Source of the DNA: an uncultured Actinomycetota bacterium
Lineage (GTDB): Bacteria > Actinomycetota > Actinomycetes > Propionibacteriales > Nocardioidaceae
Direction: 5' to 3'
NCBI GenBank assembly: GCA_963773355.1
Contig: CAVZAZ010000019.1
Coordinates: forward strand, 282-64,281
DNA length: 64,000 nt
Shown here piece after piece: positions 49,704-61,519 of the stretch. Every line of letters begins with the position of its first letter. Position 1 is the stretch's first letter. A program made the position numbers and the translations under genes. The notes below the pieces were generated by a model. That model did no database searches. It had not been told where the DNA came from and saw nothing but the letters and a program-made list of their open reading frames with translations.

Positions 49704-50894
49704 ATGACTGCCATCCAGAAGAAGCCCGAGAACCCGATCGCCCACCTCACGCCTGAGGACATCGAGCAGATCGGCCGGGAGCTCGAAGCCATCCGCCAGG
49801 AGGTCATCGACTCCCGCGGCGCGGACGACGCGGCGTACATCCGCAAGGTGATCGACGTCCAGCGCAAGCTGGAGGTCGGGTCGCGCGCGGTGCTGCTGTT
49901 CAGCCTGTTCCCGCCGGCCTGGCTGGCGGGGACGGCCGGGCTGAGCGTCGCCAAGATCCTCGACAACATGGAGATCGGGCACAACATCCTGCACGGCCAG
50001 TGGGACTGGATGCGCGACCCGAAGATCCACTCCACCACCTGGGAATGGGACCACGCGACCCCCGCCGAGCAGTGGAAGCACAGCCACAACGAGCTGCACC
50101 ACAACTACACGAACGTGATCGGCAAGGACAACGACCTCGGCTACGGCATCATGCGCGTCGACGAGGACCAGCCGTGGCACCCGTTCTTCCTGGCCCAGCC
50201 GTTCTGGAACTTCCTGAACATGGTCTTCTTCGAGTGGGGCATCGCGGCCTACGACATGGAGCTCGGTGCCTCGATGAAGAAGGGCACGACCAAGGATCCG
50301 GAGTTCAAGGCCCGCCTCAAGGCGGTGCTCGCCAAGGTCCGCAAGCAGATGGCCAAGGACTACCTGGTCCACCCGGCCCTGTCCGGCCCGTCGTTCTTCC
50401 ACACGATGGCTGCCAACTTCGTCGCCAACACCGTCCGCAACGTCTGGGCGCACTCGATCATCATCTGCGGTCACTTCCCCGAGGGCGTCGAGACCTTCGA
50501 GAAGCGCTCGATCGACGGCGAGACCCGCGGTGAGTGGTACGTGCGGCAGATGCTCGGCTCGGCGAACATCTCCGGCTCGAAGGCGATGCACATCATGAGC
50601 GGCAACCTGAGCCACCAGATCGAGCACCACATCTTCCCTGACCTGCCCAGCAACAGGTACGCCGAGATCGCACCGAAGGTGCGCGACGTCTTCGAGCGGT
50701 TCGGGCTGAACTACCACACCGCCCCGTTCCCGAAGCAGGTCGCCAGCGCCTGGCACAAGGTGCTCCGGCTGTCGCTGCCCAACGGCTGGCTCGCCGCCAC
50801 GACGCCGAAGAACGCGCCGAAGCAGCTGGCGAAGCTCTACAAGATGACCACCGGGGGACCCCGTGTCCGCCGTGCGCTCCAGCGCGCGGCCTGA
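49704..50894 (+). CDS. desA3: Membrane acyl-CoA desaturase (DesA3-like)
   Basis: His boxes HNILH, HNELHH and QIEHH; paired with the reductase. Confidence 0.85.
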   Translation: MTAIQKKPENPIAHLTPEDIEQIGRELEAIRQEVIDSRGADDAAYIRKVIDVQRKLEVGSRAVLLFSLFPPAWLAGTAGLSVAKILDNMEIGHNILHGQWDWMRDPKIHSTTWEWDHATPAEQWKHSHNELHHNYTNVIGKDNDLGYGIMRVDEDQPWHPFFLAQPFWNFLNMVFFEWGIAAYDMELGASMKKGTTKDPEFKARLKAVLAKVRKQMAKDYLVHPALSGPSFFHTMAANFVANTVRNVWAHSIIICGHFPEGVETFEKRSIDGETRGEWYVRQMLGSANISGSKAMHIMSGNLSHQIEHHIFPDLPSNRYAEIAPKVRDVFERFGLNYHTAPFPKQVASAWHKVLRLSLPNGWLAATTPKNAPKQLAKLYKMTTGGPRVRRALQRAA

Positions 50895-50900
50895 CCGGGC

Positions 50901-50948
50901 GGACGTCATGCGGAGCGAGCCGCCTAGGGCTCCCTCCGCATGACGTCC
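50901..50948 (+). terminator. Hairpin after desA3
   Basis: ggacgtcatgcggag...ctccgcatgacgtcc. Confidence 0.7.
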
Positions 50949-50979
50949 TGGGGGCGTTGGCCAGCCGTACGCTGCCCCC

Positions 50980-52008
50980 ATGTCACTCTCCGACTTCCCT
51001 CGCTACCCACTGACCTTCGGGCCGAGCCCGGTGCACCGGCTCGACCGCCTGACCGCCCATCTGGGCGGACCGCAGATCTGGGCCAAGCGTGAGGACTGCA
51101 ACGCCGGCATCGCGTACGGCGGCAACAAGGTCCGCAAGCTGGAGTACCTCGTCCCCGATGCCCTCGCTCAGGGGGCCGACACTCTGGTGAGCATCGGCGG
51201 CTACCAGTCCAACCACACCCGTCAGGTGGCCGCGACCGCAGCCAAGCTGGGGCTCCGGTGCGTGCTCGTGCAGGAGAACTGGGTCGACTGGCCGGACGCC
51301 GTCAACGACCGGGTCGGCAACATCCTGCTCAGCCGGATCATGGGGGCCGAGGTGCGGCTCGACCCGTCCGGCTTCGGGATCGGTTTCAAGGACTCGTGGC
51401 GCCAGGCGATCGACGACGTCGAGCGCCGGGGCGGCACGCCGTACGCCATCCCGGCCGGTGCCTCCGACCACCGGCTGGGTGGGCTGGGCTTCGCGCACTG
51501 GGCGGAGGAGGTCGCGCAGCAGGAGCGTGAGCTCGGAGTCTTCTTCGACACAGTGGTTGTGTGCGCGGTGACCGGATCGACTCAGGCCGGGATGATCGCC
51601 GGCTTCGCGGGGCAGGACCGGCCGCGACGGGTGATCGGCATCGACGCCAGCGCGAAGCTCGAGGCGACGCGGGAGCAGGTCGAGCGGATCGCCCGCGCCA
51701 CTGCTGACCTCATCGGCCTGGGCCGCGACCTGCGCGACGACGAGGTCACGGTGCTCGAGGGCTGGGCCGGGGAGCGGTACGGCGTGCCGGTGCAGTCCAC
51801 GCTCGACGCGATCAGGATGACCGGCCAGCTCGAGGGGATGATCATCGACCCCGTCTACGAGGGGAAGTCGATGGCCGGCCTGCTCGACCTGGTCCGGGAC
51901 GGAGAGATCGGCGCGGACAGCACGGTGCTCTACGCACACCTGGGTGGCCAACCCGCCCTGAACGCCTACAGCGCCTTGTTCACCCACACCGTGCCGGTAG
52001 CTCTCTGA
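50980..52008 (+). CDS. acdS: 1-aminocyclopropane-1-carboxylate deaminase
   Basis: [34 protein letters not shown] (E295 equivalent), YAHLGG (L322 equivalent). Confidence 0.9.
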   Translation: MSLSDFPRYPLTFGPSPVHRLDRLTAHLGGPQIWAKREDCNAGIAYGGNKVRKLEYLVPDALAQGADTLVSIGGYQSNHTRQVAATAAKLGLRCVLVQENWVDWPDAVNDRVGNILLSRIMGAEVRLDPSGFGIGFKDSWRQAIDDVERRGGTPYAIPAGASDHRLGGLGFAHWAEEVAQQERELGVFFDTVVVCAVTGSTQAGMIAGFAGQDRPRRVIGIDASAKLEATREQVERIARATADLIGLGRDLRDDEVTVLEGWAGERYGVPVQSTLDAIRMTGQLEGMIIDPVYEGKSMAGLLDLVRDGEIGADSTVLYAHLGGQPALNAYSALFTHTVPVAL

Positions 52009-52097
52009 CCGGCGCGCTGCCTGAAGAGTCGGAGGATCCGGTAGTCCCTGCCGTTCGGGTGGGAATTGCCCAACCCCGAACGTCAGGGACTATCCGT

Positions 52098-52440
52098 TCA
52101 GCTCCCCAGGACCGGCTTGTTGCTCCGGATCACGCCGGCCGGGTCGCGACGCAGCTTGAGGTCGCGCAGGCGGTCGAGCGTCGTCGGGTCGTAGCCCGTG
52201 GCGTCGTCCTGCTGCTCACCGATGAAGTTCGGCATCCGTCGGCCGCTGGCCACATGACCGACGGCGGCGTCGACGGCCGCGAATCCGTGCGGGATCGCCT
52301 CGGCGAGCTCGGGGACGGCGGGGATGCCGAGCGCGAACAGCTGGAACGGCTCGAAGACCGGCGCCACGGCGCCTGCCCCCTCGGGCTGCTCGGCGAAGGC
52401 ACCGCCCAGACCGCGGCTTCTGACGCCGAGCAGGTCAGGC
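52098..52440 (-). pseudogene. 3' remnant of an FAD-linked oxidase (BBE-like C-terminus)
   Basis: RGLGGAFA...MPNF...YDPTTLDRLRDLKLRRDPAGVIRSN; the N-terminal FAD-binding domain is absent. Confidence 0.6.
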
Positions 52441-53160
52441 GACGTGGCGGAAAGCCACGTTCTCGCGACGTTCGAAGCGGCCACGGGTGAGCAGCCACAT
52501 CACCTTGTGCATTCCGCCGCCCGGCTGGGCGAACAGGTGCTGGCGCACGGCCGCCGGGACGCCGTACGCCGCCCACGGGACCAGGGCGAGGATCTCGCCG
52601 AAGGAGACGTCCTTCTTGAACGCCTCCTCCTCGAGCCGCTCCCACTCCTCGCCGGCCATCACCTGCTGGATGATCGCGATCGCCTCGGTCTCCTCGTGCC
52701 GCAGGTGCTCGCCGAGGCGCTCCCGGCCTGCCACGAGCCGGACCGCCAGCGCGCAGCGGGCGTCCTCGTCGGCGTGGCCGGCGAGCCGTTCGAACCCTTC
52801 GGAGCAGGCCGTCAGGATCGGGTCGATCTCGCTGTGCTCGGCCTCCATGGCCTCGAGGACCTCACGACCGGCATCGTCGGTGCGGTCCAGCAGCAGCGGC
52901 CAGAGCGCGGCGTCCTCGCCGGAGTGGTGGTGGTGCAGGGCGTTCGAGAAGAGCGTCCACCGCTCGGCCAGCGCCCGCCACGCCCGCGGTCGGCGGCCGG
53001 GGTGGCCTGGGCCGCCGCGGCGACGCCGTGAGGTCGCGCCGGAACGCGTGGTGCATCACGTACATCATCGTCATGTCGACCGGGCCCGGGGTGGGCGGCG
53101 GTCTGACCGGGGAGGCGGATCTGGGCCGGCCAGCTGCGGGTCGATCTCGGTGCGGGTCAT
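52435..53160 (-). CDS. Hemerythrin (HHE) domain protein; indels
   Basis: MYVMHHAFRRDL, LHHHHSGED...LWP, MEAEHSEID, HLRHEE. Confidence 0.75.
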
Positions 53161-55354
53161 GACGGTTCCTCTCGAGTGGGTGCCGACGGGCTGGCGCTCG
53201 TCGGTGTTCGTGGTGGTGGGGTTGGCTGTCGCGCCGGCCAGCAGGTCGAGGTCGGCGTCGGCGATCTCGACGCGGACGCCGGGCAGGCGACCGGTCCAGC
53301 CAGGCCGGCAGCCACCAGTTCCAGCGGCCCAGCAGCGACATGGTCGCCGGCACCAGCACCATCCGGACCACGGTGGCGTCGAGCAGGATCGCGGCGGCCA
53401 TGCCGACGCCGAGCATCTTGACGGACGGACGTCGACCTCGGTCGCGAAGCCGAGGAAGACGGCGACCATGATCGCGGCGGCGCTGGAGATCACCCGGCCG
53501 GTGGCGGCCAGCCCGCGGACCACGCTGCCGCGCGGGTCGCCGGTGGCCAGTAGTCCTCGCGGATCCGGGACAGCAGGAACACCTCGTAGTCCATCGACAG
53601 GCCGAACAGGATGGTGAACATCAGGATCGGCACCCAGCTCGGAGACCGGCACCGCGTGGTCGAGGCCGAGCAGGTCGGCGCCCCAACCCCACTGGAAGAC
53701 AACGATGATCACGCCGTACGCCGCGCCGATCGATCAGCAGGTTCATCACCGCCGCCTTGAGCGGGATCACCACGGAGCGGAACACCATCGCCAGCAGCAG
53801 GATGGACACGCCGACCACGAAGCGCGATCACCAGCCACAGCCGCTCGGCGAGCAGGTCGGAGATGTCGGCGAACATCGGCGTCGTCACCGGTGACCTCGA
53901 CGCCGTCCGGCAGCCGCGGCGCGGACGTCCTCGACCAGGTCGGGGGTGCGCTCGTCGGTGGGACCGTACGCCGGCACGGCGGTGAACACCGACAGGGCGC
54001 CGTCCGGCGACTCGACGGCCGGAGTGACGGCCACGATGTCGTCGCGGGCGTCGAGCCCGGACGCGAGCGCCTCCGCGGCACTCGGCGACACCTGCTCGCG
54101 GTCGACCACCATGGTCAGGGCACCGTTGAAGCCGTGGGCCGTACTCGTCGGCCACCAGGTCGTAGGCCTGGCGGGTGGTCGAGGTCGCTCGACTGGCTGC
54201 TCGGGTCCTGCGGCCAGGTGCGCATGTCGAGCACCGGCAGCGCGAGCAGCGATCATCACCAGCGCGGCGCCGATCGCCCACGGGAGCGGCGTGCGGCCGA
54301 CCCGCTTCGCCCAGCGTGCGGTCAGCGGCTCCTTGATCGTGTGCGGGCGTCGGGGCTTGCGCTCCTTGCGGGGCACCAGGCGGTGGCCGACAAAGCGGGC
54401 GAGCGCCGGCACGAGCGTGATCGCGGCGGCCATCACGGCCAGGACGGCGATCGCGGTGGCGAAGCCGAAGGAGCCGTAGACCTGGAGGCCGGAGAGGCGA
54501 AGGCCCATGAGCGACACCAGGACGGTCGCGGCGGCGAACACCACGGACCGGCCAGCGGTGGCCACGGCGCGCCCGGCGGCGTCGGCCACGGGGTAGCCCT
54601 CGCGGAGGTACTCCACGTGCCGGGTGACGATCAGCAGCGCGTAGTCGATGCCGACGCCCAGGCCGACCATGCTCGCGACCACGGGGGCGTCTGTGCTGAC
54701 ATCCATCGTGGCGGCGAGCAGCAGGATCGCGCTGCTGGAGACGCCGAGGCCGGTCAGGGCGACGGCGATCGGCAGCCCGGCCCCGACGACGGAGCCGAAG
54801 GCCAGGACCAGGATCAGGAGCGCGGCGGCTACGCCGATCAGCTCGCCGTACCCCTCCATGGGCGCGGCGGCACTGCCGGGCACCTCGCCACCGAGCTCGA
54901 CCTGGAGGCCGGACTCGCGGGTGGGCTCGACGGCGGACTCCAGGGGCTCCATGTTGCCCATGAGGTCGGGGTCGGTGACCGGTGCGTCGTACGAGACGTC
55001 GAGGATCGCGGTGTCGCCGTCCTCGGAAAGGCGCGCGTCGCCGACCGCCAGCACGTGAGGCATGGCGAGCAGCCGGTCGGTGAGGGTGTTGAGGTCGGCC
55101 GTGGTCGGCGTACCGCCGTCGTTGTCGTGTACGACAACCTGGGCGCTGGCGAAGCCGGAGGAGGGTTGGTGCTCACGCAGCTGATCGACACCGACCTGGG
55201 CGCGAGCCCCCGGGACGTCGTAGTCGTCCTGCGGCTCACCGCCGACGGTGGCGCCGAGCCCGATCACGGCGATCGCTACGAGCACCCAGGCGAAGATCGT
55301 CCGCCAGGGGTGGGCCGCGGAGCCGTGTCCGAGCCGGTAGAGGAAGCGAGACAT
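53157..55354 (-). CDS. MMPL-family (RND) transporter; multiple indels in the 3' half
   Basis: [53 protein letters not shown]. Confidence 0.85.
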
Positions 55355-55605
55355 GGTGGTTGGTTCCTTTGAACGTCGTTGGTCGAGACGCTCATAGAGT
55401 GGATCCACCCTCTTGGGGCCCACTTGTCACGGACTTGAGGTGTAGTCCCAGGCTCGGCAGTGCGGTGCCGTGACTGAGTCAAAACGCGGCCGAAAGACGG
55501 GGGCAGCCGCGCGGATTCCGGCATGGGAGTGCGTTTCCGACCAGAGAGAAGACGTGGACAGAGGCTGCCGCGACGCACTGTGGATGAACGGGGTTCTGTC
55601 GCTGC

Positions 55606-56403
55606 TTATTTTCGCCCAGTCACGATGAGAGCGGTTAGCTCGAGCGGGTAGTGGCCGTCCGTCTCGAGAGCATCCATCTCCCCGAAGCACGCGTCGCGGT
55701 AGGCGACCACGGCCTCCGGCTCCAACTGTTCCAATAGTCCGCGGACGCTGAATGACCAATGCCAGTCCCACCACTGTTGCTTTGACGCGAAACGGATCTC
55801 GGTCGCCTCCTGATGCAGCTGAAGGTCGGCGAAGCCGGCCGCGTGAAGGAGTTCCGCGACATCGTCGGCACGGTCGAAGGGCTCCTGAAGGGCTCTCTGC
55901 CGCGGGGAGCCGGCGGATGTGAGGAGGCCGTCCTCAAAGCTCCAGCGCTCGTCCTCCCTACCCCAGGTCGATACGGCGACGATGCCGCCCGGCCGGAGCA
56001 CGCGCTGGAACTCGGCCGCCGCACGCGCCGGGTCGGGAAGAAAGAACAACGCGAAGGCAGCGGTGAGTGCGTCGAACCGGGCATCGGGAAACTCCAGATC
56101 CTCGGCGTCCATGACCCGCAGGTCCACGTCGGTGACTCCCGCGGCACGGAGGTCGGCCGCCGCGTGTTCGATCATGGTCGGCGAAACGTCGATGCCCGTG
56201 AGGCGGTCGATGCCTCGCTCCAGGGCCGCGAGCATCACTGCCCCTCGACCGCATGCGACGTCCAACAGGCTGGCATCGCCAGCGAAGGCAGCCAGGTCGA
56301 CAAGCCGCTTGGCGAAGTGCGTGTGGTACGCATCGCCGATGCGGTCGTAGGTCGGCGCCGCCCGATCGAACACGCCCGCCAACCATGCCTTGTGGCTGTC
56401 CAC
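55606..56403 (-). CDS. Class I SAM-dependent methyltransferase (UbiE-like)
   Basis: [33 protein letters not shown]. Confidence 0.85.
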   Translation of the reverse strand: MDSHKAWLAGVFDRAAPTYDRIGDAYHTHFAKRLVDLAAFAGDASLLDVACGRGAVMLAALERGIDRLTGIDVSPTMIEHAAADLRAAGVTDVDLRVMDAEDLEFPDARFDALTAAFALFFLPDPARAAAEFQRVLRPGGIVAVSTWGREDERWSFEDGLLTSAGSPRQRALQEPFDRADDVAELLHAAGFADLQLHQEATEIRFASKQQWWDWHWSFSVRGLLEQLEPEAVVAYRDACFGEMDALETDGHYPLELTALIVTGRK

Positions 56404-56565
56404 GCAGCCAGCGTAGTTTCGCGGATCCCCGTCGCGGTCCAAATCGTCAAGAGCGAGCCGCTTAACCGCACCGCACGCTGCCTGCGGCATGCGGTCCCGG
56501 GAGTGCCGTGCCTCTGTCGGTTTTTCACGGCCAGCCAACTGCCCGTGGCGGCTAGGCTCGTGAAC

Positions 56566-57825
56566 GTGGGAACCGCTTCCTCCATCGGTGTCGCGGCCTG
56601 CATCGGCGGCCTGGCGGGAGCGTCGCTGGCCGCACATCGGGGCGGCCGGGCCGCGGCTCGCGCCGCGCTGGTCGGCGCGGTCGGTCTGGCCACGTCGGAG
56701 GCGGTGGCCCGGGCCCGCCAGGAGCCGGGCGAGATCCCGGCGCTGTGGCAGCGGATCGCGGTGAGTACGGCATTGGCCGCACCCCTCGGGTGGGCGTCGG
56801 AGAAGGTGACCGGCGCACCTCCGCGGGCGGTCGGTGCAGTCACGGGTGCGCTGGTCGGGGCGATGGGGTTGCGACCGCAGAAGGTGGCGATGGGGCCGGT
56901 CGTCGGTCTCGCCGTCGGTCATGCATTCTCTCGCGGGCAGGCCCCGGCGGCTCTCGTGGCCAGCAGCACAGTCCTGACCTACCGCAGTCTGTCCGCCCTG
57001 CTCTTCAGGGACGCACAGGTCAGCCTGCTTGCTGACCGGGTCAGCGCCGCCGATCTGCCGTTCGTGGTACCCCGGCCGGCACGGTCGAGGTACGTCGGCA
57101 CCAGCTACGTCCGGGATCTCGCCCAGGAGCTCGGAGCCCAGTACACCGCCGACGCCCAGGACACCGGGATCGTGGCCTCCCTCGACGCGCTGGCCGGACC
57201 CGAGCTGGACCCGGCGCGGGTCCATCCGCTCGTGCGCGAGTTCTACGAGCACACCACGCGGTTCGCCCTCGACATCGTCCCGCACTGGAGGCTCTGGACC
57301 AGGCCCGGCTACCTCCTCTACCGCACCCTGGTCGCGCGTCCCCTCGGACAGGCCAGTCTCCCGATGAATCAGCGCGAGGCCCAGCGCGGGATCCGCAGCC
57401 GCATCGACACCATCTCCGGGGTCGACGGCGCGGTGTCGGTGCGCGGCTGGATCAGGTCGTTCGCCGACGACGACGAGCCGATCATGGTCGGCATCTACAC
57501 CACCTACACCCACCAGGGCCGCGGCTACGTCAGCGTCGGGTTCCCCGTACCGGAGGGCAGCTTCACCGCCACCCTCCTTCCCAGGTCACGCCCGGACGCG
57601 GGACTGACCCTGACCAGCCGGGTCGACGACAGCCATGCCGGGCACTACCTCACGTACGTCGACACCGCGGCAGACGAGCTGACGGCCCTGGCCGTGCACG
57701 GGTTCGAGGAGCAGCTCGACGTCTTCGTCGAGAACGGCGCGATGCGCGCGGAGCACGCGTTCTGGGTGTTCGGCTTCCCGTTCCTGACCCTGCAGTACCG
57801 CATCGCACGCAAGCCCACCAACTGA
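56566..57825 (+). CDS. Hypothetical membrane protein with a YndJ-like C-terminal domain
   Basis: Gly/Ala-rich hydrophobic N-half; [36 protein letters not shown]; TAGGCT 7 nt before GTG. Confidence 0.6.
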   Translation: MGTASSIGVAACIGGLAGASLAAHRGGRAAARAALVGAVGLATSEAVARARQEPGEIPALWQRIAVSTALAAPLGWASEKVTGAPPRAVGAVTGALVGAMGLRPQKVAMGPVVGLAVGHAFSRGQAPAALVASSTVLTYRSLSALLFRDAQVSLLADRVSAADLPFVVPRPARSRYVGTSYVRDLAQELGAQYTADAQDTGIVASLDALAGPELDPARVHPLVREFYEHTTRFALDIVPHWRLWTRPGYLLYRTLVARPLGQASLPMNQREAQRGIRSRIDTISGVDGAVSVRGWIRSFADDDEPIMVGIYTTYTHQGRGYVSVGFPVPEGSFTATLLPRSRPDAGLTLTSRVDDSHAGHYLTYVDTAADELTALAVHGFEEQLDVFVENGAMRAEHAFWVFGFPFLTLQYRIARKPTN

Positions 57826-57943
57826 TTCTGCGGTGGCCCCCGGTTAGCTGCTGCCTATTGCGCCGGTCGGTGGGCGCCGACAGCATGGAAAGAAGTGTCC
57901 TGTCGTCGTCGGGCTCAGGTGTTCGCTGAGCCGGGAGAGATCC

Positions 57944-58620
57944 ATGAGCATGCCTTCGGCTCCACCCGTCTATCCCGCACGCCTCGAGGTCGACTACTCC
58001 GACCAGCACAACCGGGTGACGACCCTGTTCCGCGCAGTGCTGATCATTCCGATCGCGATCATCTACGAGGTGCTCACGGCAGGCATGACGCGGACGGTGT
58101 ATGACCAGATCCGGTGAAGTGGTCAGCACCACGAGCGGCGGGATCGCCGCGGGCTTGTTCTTCGCGACGTTGCTGATGATCCTGTTCCGGCAGCGCTATC
58201 CGCGCTGGTGGTTCGACTTCGCCCTCGAGCTCGCTCGGTTCGGCGCCCGGGTCGGCGCCTACTTCGTGCTGCTCACCGACCAGTACCCCTCGACGGTCGA
58301 GGAGCAGCAGCGTCCACCTCGAGATCGACTATCCCGACGTCGAACGCGACCTCAATCGCTGGCTGCCGCTGGTGAAGTGGCTGCTCGCGATCCCGCACTT
58401 CCTGGTGTTGCTCGTCCTGTCGGTGGGCGCCTTCTTCGCGGTGGTGTTCGCCTGGTTCGCGATCCTGTTCACCGGACGCTACCCGCGGGGGCTGTTCGAC
58501 TTCGTGGTCGGCGTCGGCCGCTGGTGGCTGCGTGTCGAGGCATACGCGTTCCTTCTCGTCACCGATCGTTATCCCCCGTTCTCTCTCGCCAGTGAGTCTC
58601 CCGGGAGACTGTCTTCCTAG
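57944..58620 (+). CDS. DUF4389 membrane protein (indels)
   Basis: Duplicated unit RYPRWWFDF...LLTDQYP and GRYPRGLFDF...LVTDRYPPFSL. Confidence 0.75.
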
Positions 58621-58774
58621 TCGCGATCCGCCCTGTGCTCGCAAGCGTTGAGACAGCTAAGGGCACGCCCGGAGGATGAAGTGAGGCAAGGGTCGTTCGC
58701 GGCGAATGACGCAGCTCTGACGGCGGGTGGAGAGCGGTGGCTGTGGTCGCTTCCGGCGGACATTCGGACGGACG

Positions 58775-60199
58775 TCAGCGCGGTGTCACCGCTGCGGCCA
58801 TGAGCCGATCCGCATGAGCAATCAGATCCGGGCGGTCGGTCGCGAGGTTGGTCTCCTCGCGCCAGTCGCGCCTGACGTCGTACAGCTCGAGCGGCGCACC
58901 GTTGAACCGGATCGCCTTCCACTGCCCCCAACGGACCGCCTGGTCATTGCGCTTGTCGTTGTTGAACTCCCAGTAGAAGGTGTCCCGCTCGCGGTGCCGA
59001 CGCCCCTCGAGCAGCGGCACGATCGAGATGCCGTCGACGTCGCGGGGCACGCGCGCATCGGTGAGGTCGGCGATCGTCGGAAGCAGGTCCCATACCGCTA
59101 CCGGATCGTTGACCACACGTCCGCGAGACCCCTGGCCGCCGCGATCTCGCTCGGGCAACCGCACGATCAGAGGGACCCGGATCCCGCCCTCGTACATCGA
59201 TCCCTTCCTGCCGCGGAACGGTCCGTTGCCGTTGAAGAACTCGTCGTCGTGCGGAAGTGTGCTGCCGACGTGCGCGTAGCCGATGCCCTCGGGGTGCGGT
59301 CCGTTGTCGCTGAGGAAGATGATCGCGGTGTCGTCGGCGATGCCGAGCCTGTCCAGGCGGGCCAGCACGCGTCCGATCTGACCGTCGGTCCAGGTGATCT
59401 GCGCAGCGTGGTTGCGTTCGCCCTCTGGCCAGTCCTCGTCGGAGTACGGCGCGTCGTCGGGGATTTCGTTGGGCGCGTGGGGTGTGTTGTAGGCGAGGTA
59501 CAGGAAGAACGGGTCGCGTCGATGGCGCTCGATGAACTCCAGCGCTTCCTCGGTGATCAGCTCCGGTGCGTACGTGACGTCGGCGCCGTCGTTCTCCGGG
59601 AACTCGACGCGCTCGTGGTTGCGCCACAGGTGCGTCGGCCAGTAGTCGTGGGCGTTGCCGTGCGTGGCGTAGCCGAAGTAGTGGTCGAAACCTTGCTGAT
59701 TCGGGTGGCTCGGGCTGTCGGCGGCGTCCGGTCCGAACCCCCACTTGCCGATCACCCCGGTCGCGTACCCGCGCGACTTCACCACCTCGGCCACGGTCAC
59801 GTCATCGGGTGCGAATCCGGCCGGTGCGTCGAGGTTGGACCGGATCGTCGCGTGACCCATGTGCTGGCCGGTCAGCAGCGATCCCCGCGTCGGCGCGCAG
59901 ACGCTGTTGACGTACGCCTGAGTGAAGCGCACACCCTGCGAAGCGAGTCCGTCGATCACCGGAGTCTGGATGACCTGCTGGCCATAGCAGCCGAGCTCAC
60001 CCCATCCCAGGTCGTCGAGCAGGATGACGATCACATTCGGCTTCCGGCGCCCGCGATGGCGGCCGGGCGGTGCCGGGTGCCCGCTCTCCGCGGCGGCACC
60101 CGCGGAAGCGAGGGGCAAGGCGCCTCCGACTGCGGCGGCGCTCAGGCCACCAAAGACACGACGACGGGTCACACCGGAACGCGGGGGCAGGGTCGGCAC
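58775..60199 (-). CDS. Tat-exported arylsulfatase
   Basis: TRRRVFGG Tat motif; NVIVILLDDLG, CAPTRGSLLTG, GKWG, SDNG. Confidence 0.9.
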   Translation of the reverse strand: MPTLPPRSGVTRRRVFGGLSAAAVGGALPLASAGAAAESGHPAPPGRHRGRRKPNVIVILLDDLGWGELGCYGQQVIQTPVIDGLASQGVRFTQAYVNSVCAPTRGSLLTGQHMGHATIRSNLDAPAGFAPDDVTVAEVVKSRGYATGVIGKWGFGPDAADSPSHPNQQGFDHYFGYATHGNAHDYWPTHLWRNHERVEFPENDGADVTYAPELITEEALEFIERHRRDPFFLYLAYNTPHAPNEIPDDAPYSDEDWPEGERNHAAQITWTDGQIGRVLARLDRLGIADDTAIIFLSDNGPHPEGIGYAHVGSTLPHDDEFFNGNGPFRGRKGSMYEGGIRVPLIVRLPERDRGGQGSRGRVVNDPVAVWDLLPTIADLTDARVPRDVDGISIVPLLEGRRHRERDTFYWEFNNDKRNDQAVRWGQWKAIRFNGAPLELYDVRRDWREETNLATDRPDLIAHADRLMAAAVTPR

Positions 60200-60398
60200 G
60201 GGGGGCTCCTCTGGGTCGCGGTACACGAAAGCGCACTTACCCTAGTGGATTAGATGACTATCCACGACGACGCCCCTGCCGCGCGGATCGCGGGATGATC
60301 GTGCACCTGGAGGTCACCGGCCCACTCCTGGGCATCCTCGACCGATGAGTTCGCCGCCCAGCGGGAGTCGAACCAGAGCCAACGTCAAGGAGGAAGCA

Positions 60399-60842
60399 AT
60401 GCGGAACGCGGCCATGCAGCAGCTGGACGTCCTGGTTGGGTCGTGGCAGACGACGATGCGGAACGCGTGGTTCCTGGAGCCAGCAGACCGGGAGGTGCCA
60501 GGCTCGGCGACGGTCGAGTGGCTCGGCGACGCGTTTGTGGTCTTCCGCTGGACGATGGCGGGCGATGTCGGAAAGGCCACGAGTGAGATGGTCCTGGTCC
60601 TCGGTCGCAGCGACGCGAACGACGCCTACACGGCCCTCTACCACGACGAACGAGGAGTCTGCCGGGTCTACGCCATGACCTTCGACGGCTCGCACTGGAA
60701 TCTGACTCGCGAGGACCCCGACATGTTCCAGCGGTTCATCGCTGACATCGGGCCAGACCGGATCGCGGGTCGCTGGGAAGCGTCGGAGGATCACGGATCC
60801 ACCTGGCGCAAGGACTTCGACCTCGTCTTCGACCGGGCGTAG
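60399..60842 (+). CDS. Conserved hypothetical beta-barrel protein (DUF1579-like)
   Basis: LDVLVGSW, YHDERGVCRVY, GRWEASEDHGSTWRKDFDL; SD AAGGAGG. Confidence 0.65.
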   Translation: MRNAAMQQLDVLVGSWQTTMRNAWFLEPADREVPGSATVEWLGDAFVVFRWTMAGDVGKATSEMVLVLGRSDANDAYTALYHDERGVCRVYAMTFDGSHWNLTREDPDMFQRFIADIGPDRIAGRWEASEDHGSTWRKDFDLVFDRA

Positions 60843-60892
60843 CTGCGCTGGGGTACGTCCCGCATCCATGAGCGCCAGGCGAGAGCCCTCGT

Positions 60893-61300
60893 TCAGGCTG
60901 GGATGCCGTACGGGTCGCTGTCCGCGCCGGAGATCGGCACGATCTCCCGCCCGAGGGGCACCAATGACAGCGGGATCATCTTCCAGCACGCGATGCCGAA
61001 GGGGATCCCGATGATGGTGATCATCAACAGCACGCCGGTGAGCAGGTGCAACAGGGCCAGCTCCCAACCGAAGAAGATGATCCATACGACGTTGCCTATC
61101 ACTGACCAGATGCCGGCGTTGCGTCGCCAGTTCGTCGTTCGGCCGAACGGCCAGATGACGAAGCTCGCAAGCCGGAAGGAAGCAATGCCGAAGGGGATCG
61201 TCACGATGAGCACGAACGCGAGCAAGCCGGCCAGGACGTATCCGATAGCGAGCCAGAATCCAGCCAGCACCAGCCACAGGATGTTTCCTATTGTCCTCAT
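60893..61300 (-). CDS. YccF (DUF307) membrane protein
   Basis: Duplicated GNILWLVLAG...TIPFG...WPFG motif. Confidence 0.88.
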   Translation of the reverse strand: MRTIGNILWLVLAGFWLAIGYVLAGLLAFVLIVTIPFGIASFRLASFVIWPFGRTTNWRRNAGIWSVIGNVVWIIFFGWELALLHLLTGVLLMITIIGIPFGIACWKMIPLSLVPLGREIVPISGADSDPYGIPA

Positions 61301-61519
61301 GGGACCCACCCCAGCAGATCGAGGACTTCTGTCAAAGCCGCGCTCGGCCGTTCGTCGCGGGCCCGGGGCTGAGCTGGTCCTCAACAGCCCATGTCATACG
61401 TCCTCCGCTTCATGTCCGAGACCGAGCCACGTGGCGCGGACGCATCCGTACGGGTCCGTTCCCGTGCTGCCCCTTCGTGGCTGCTCGGACCCGCCCGCGT
61501 GGCAACTAGGGTGCACATC

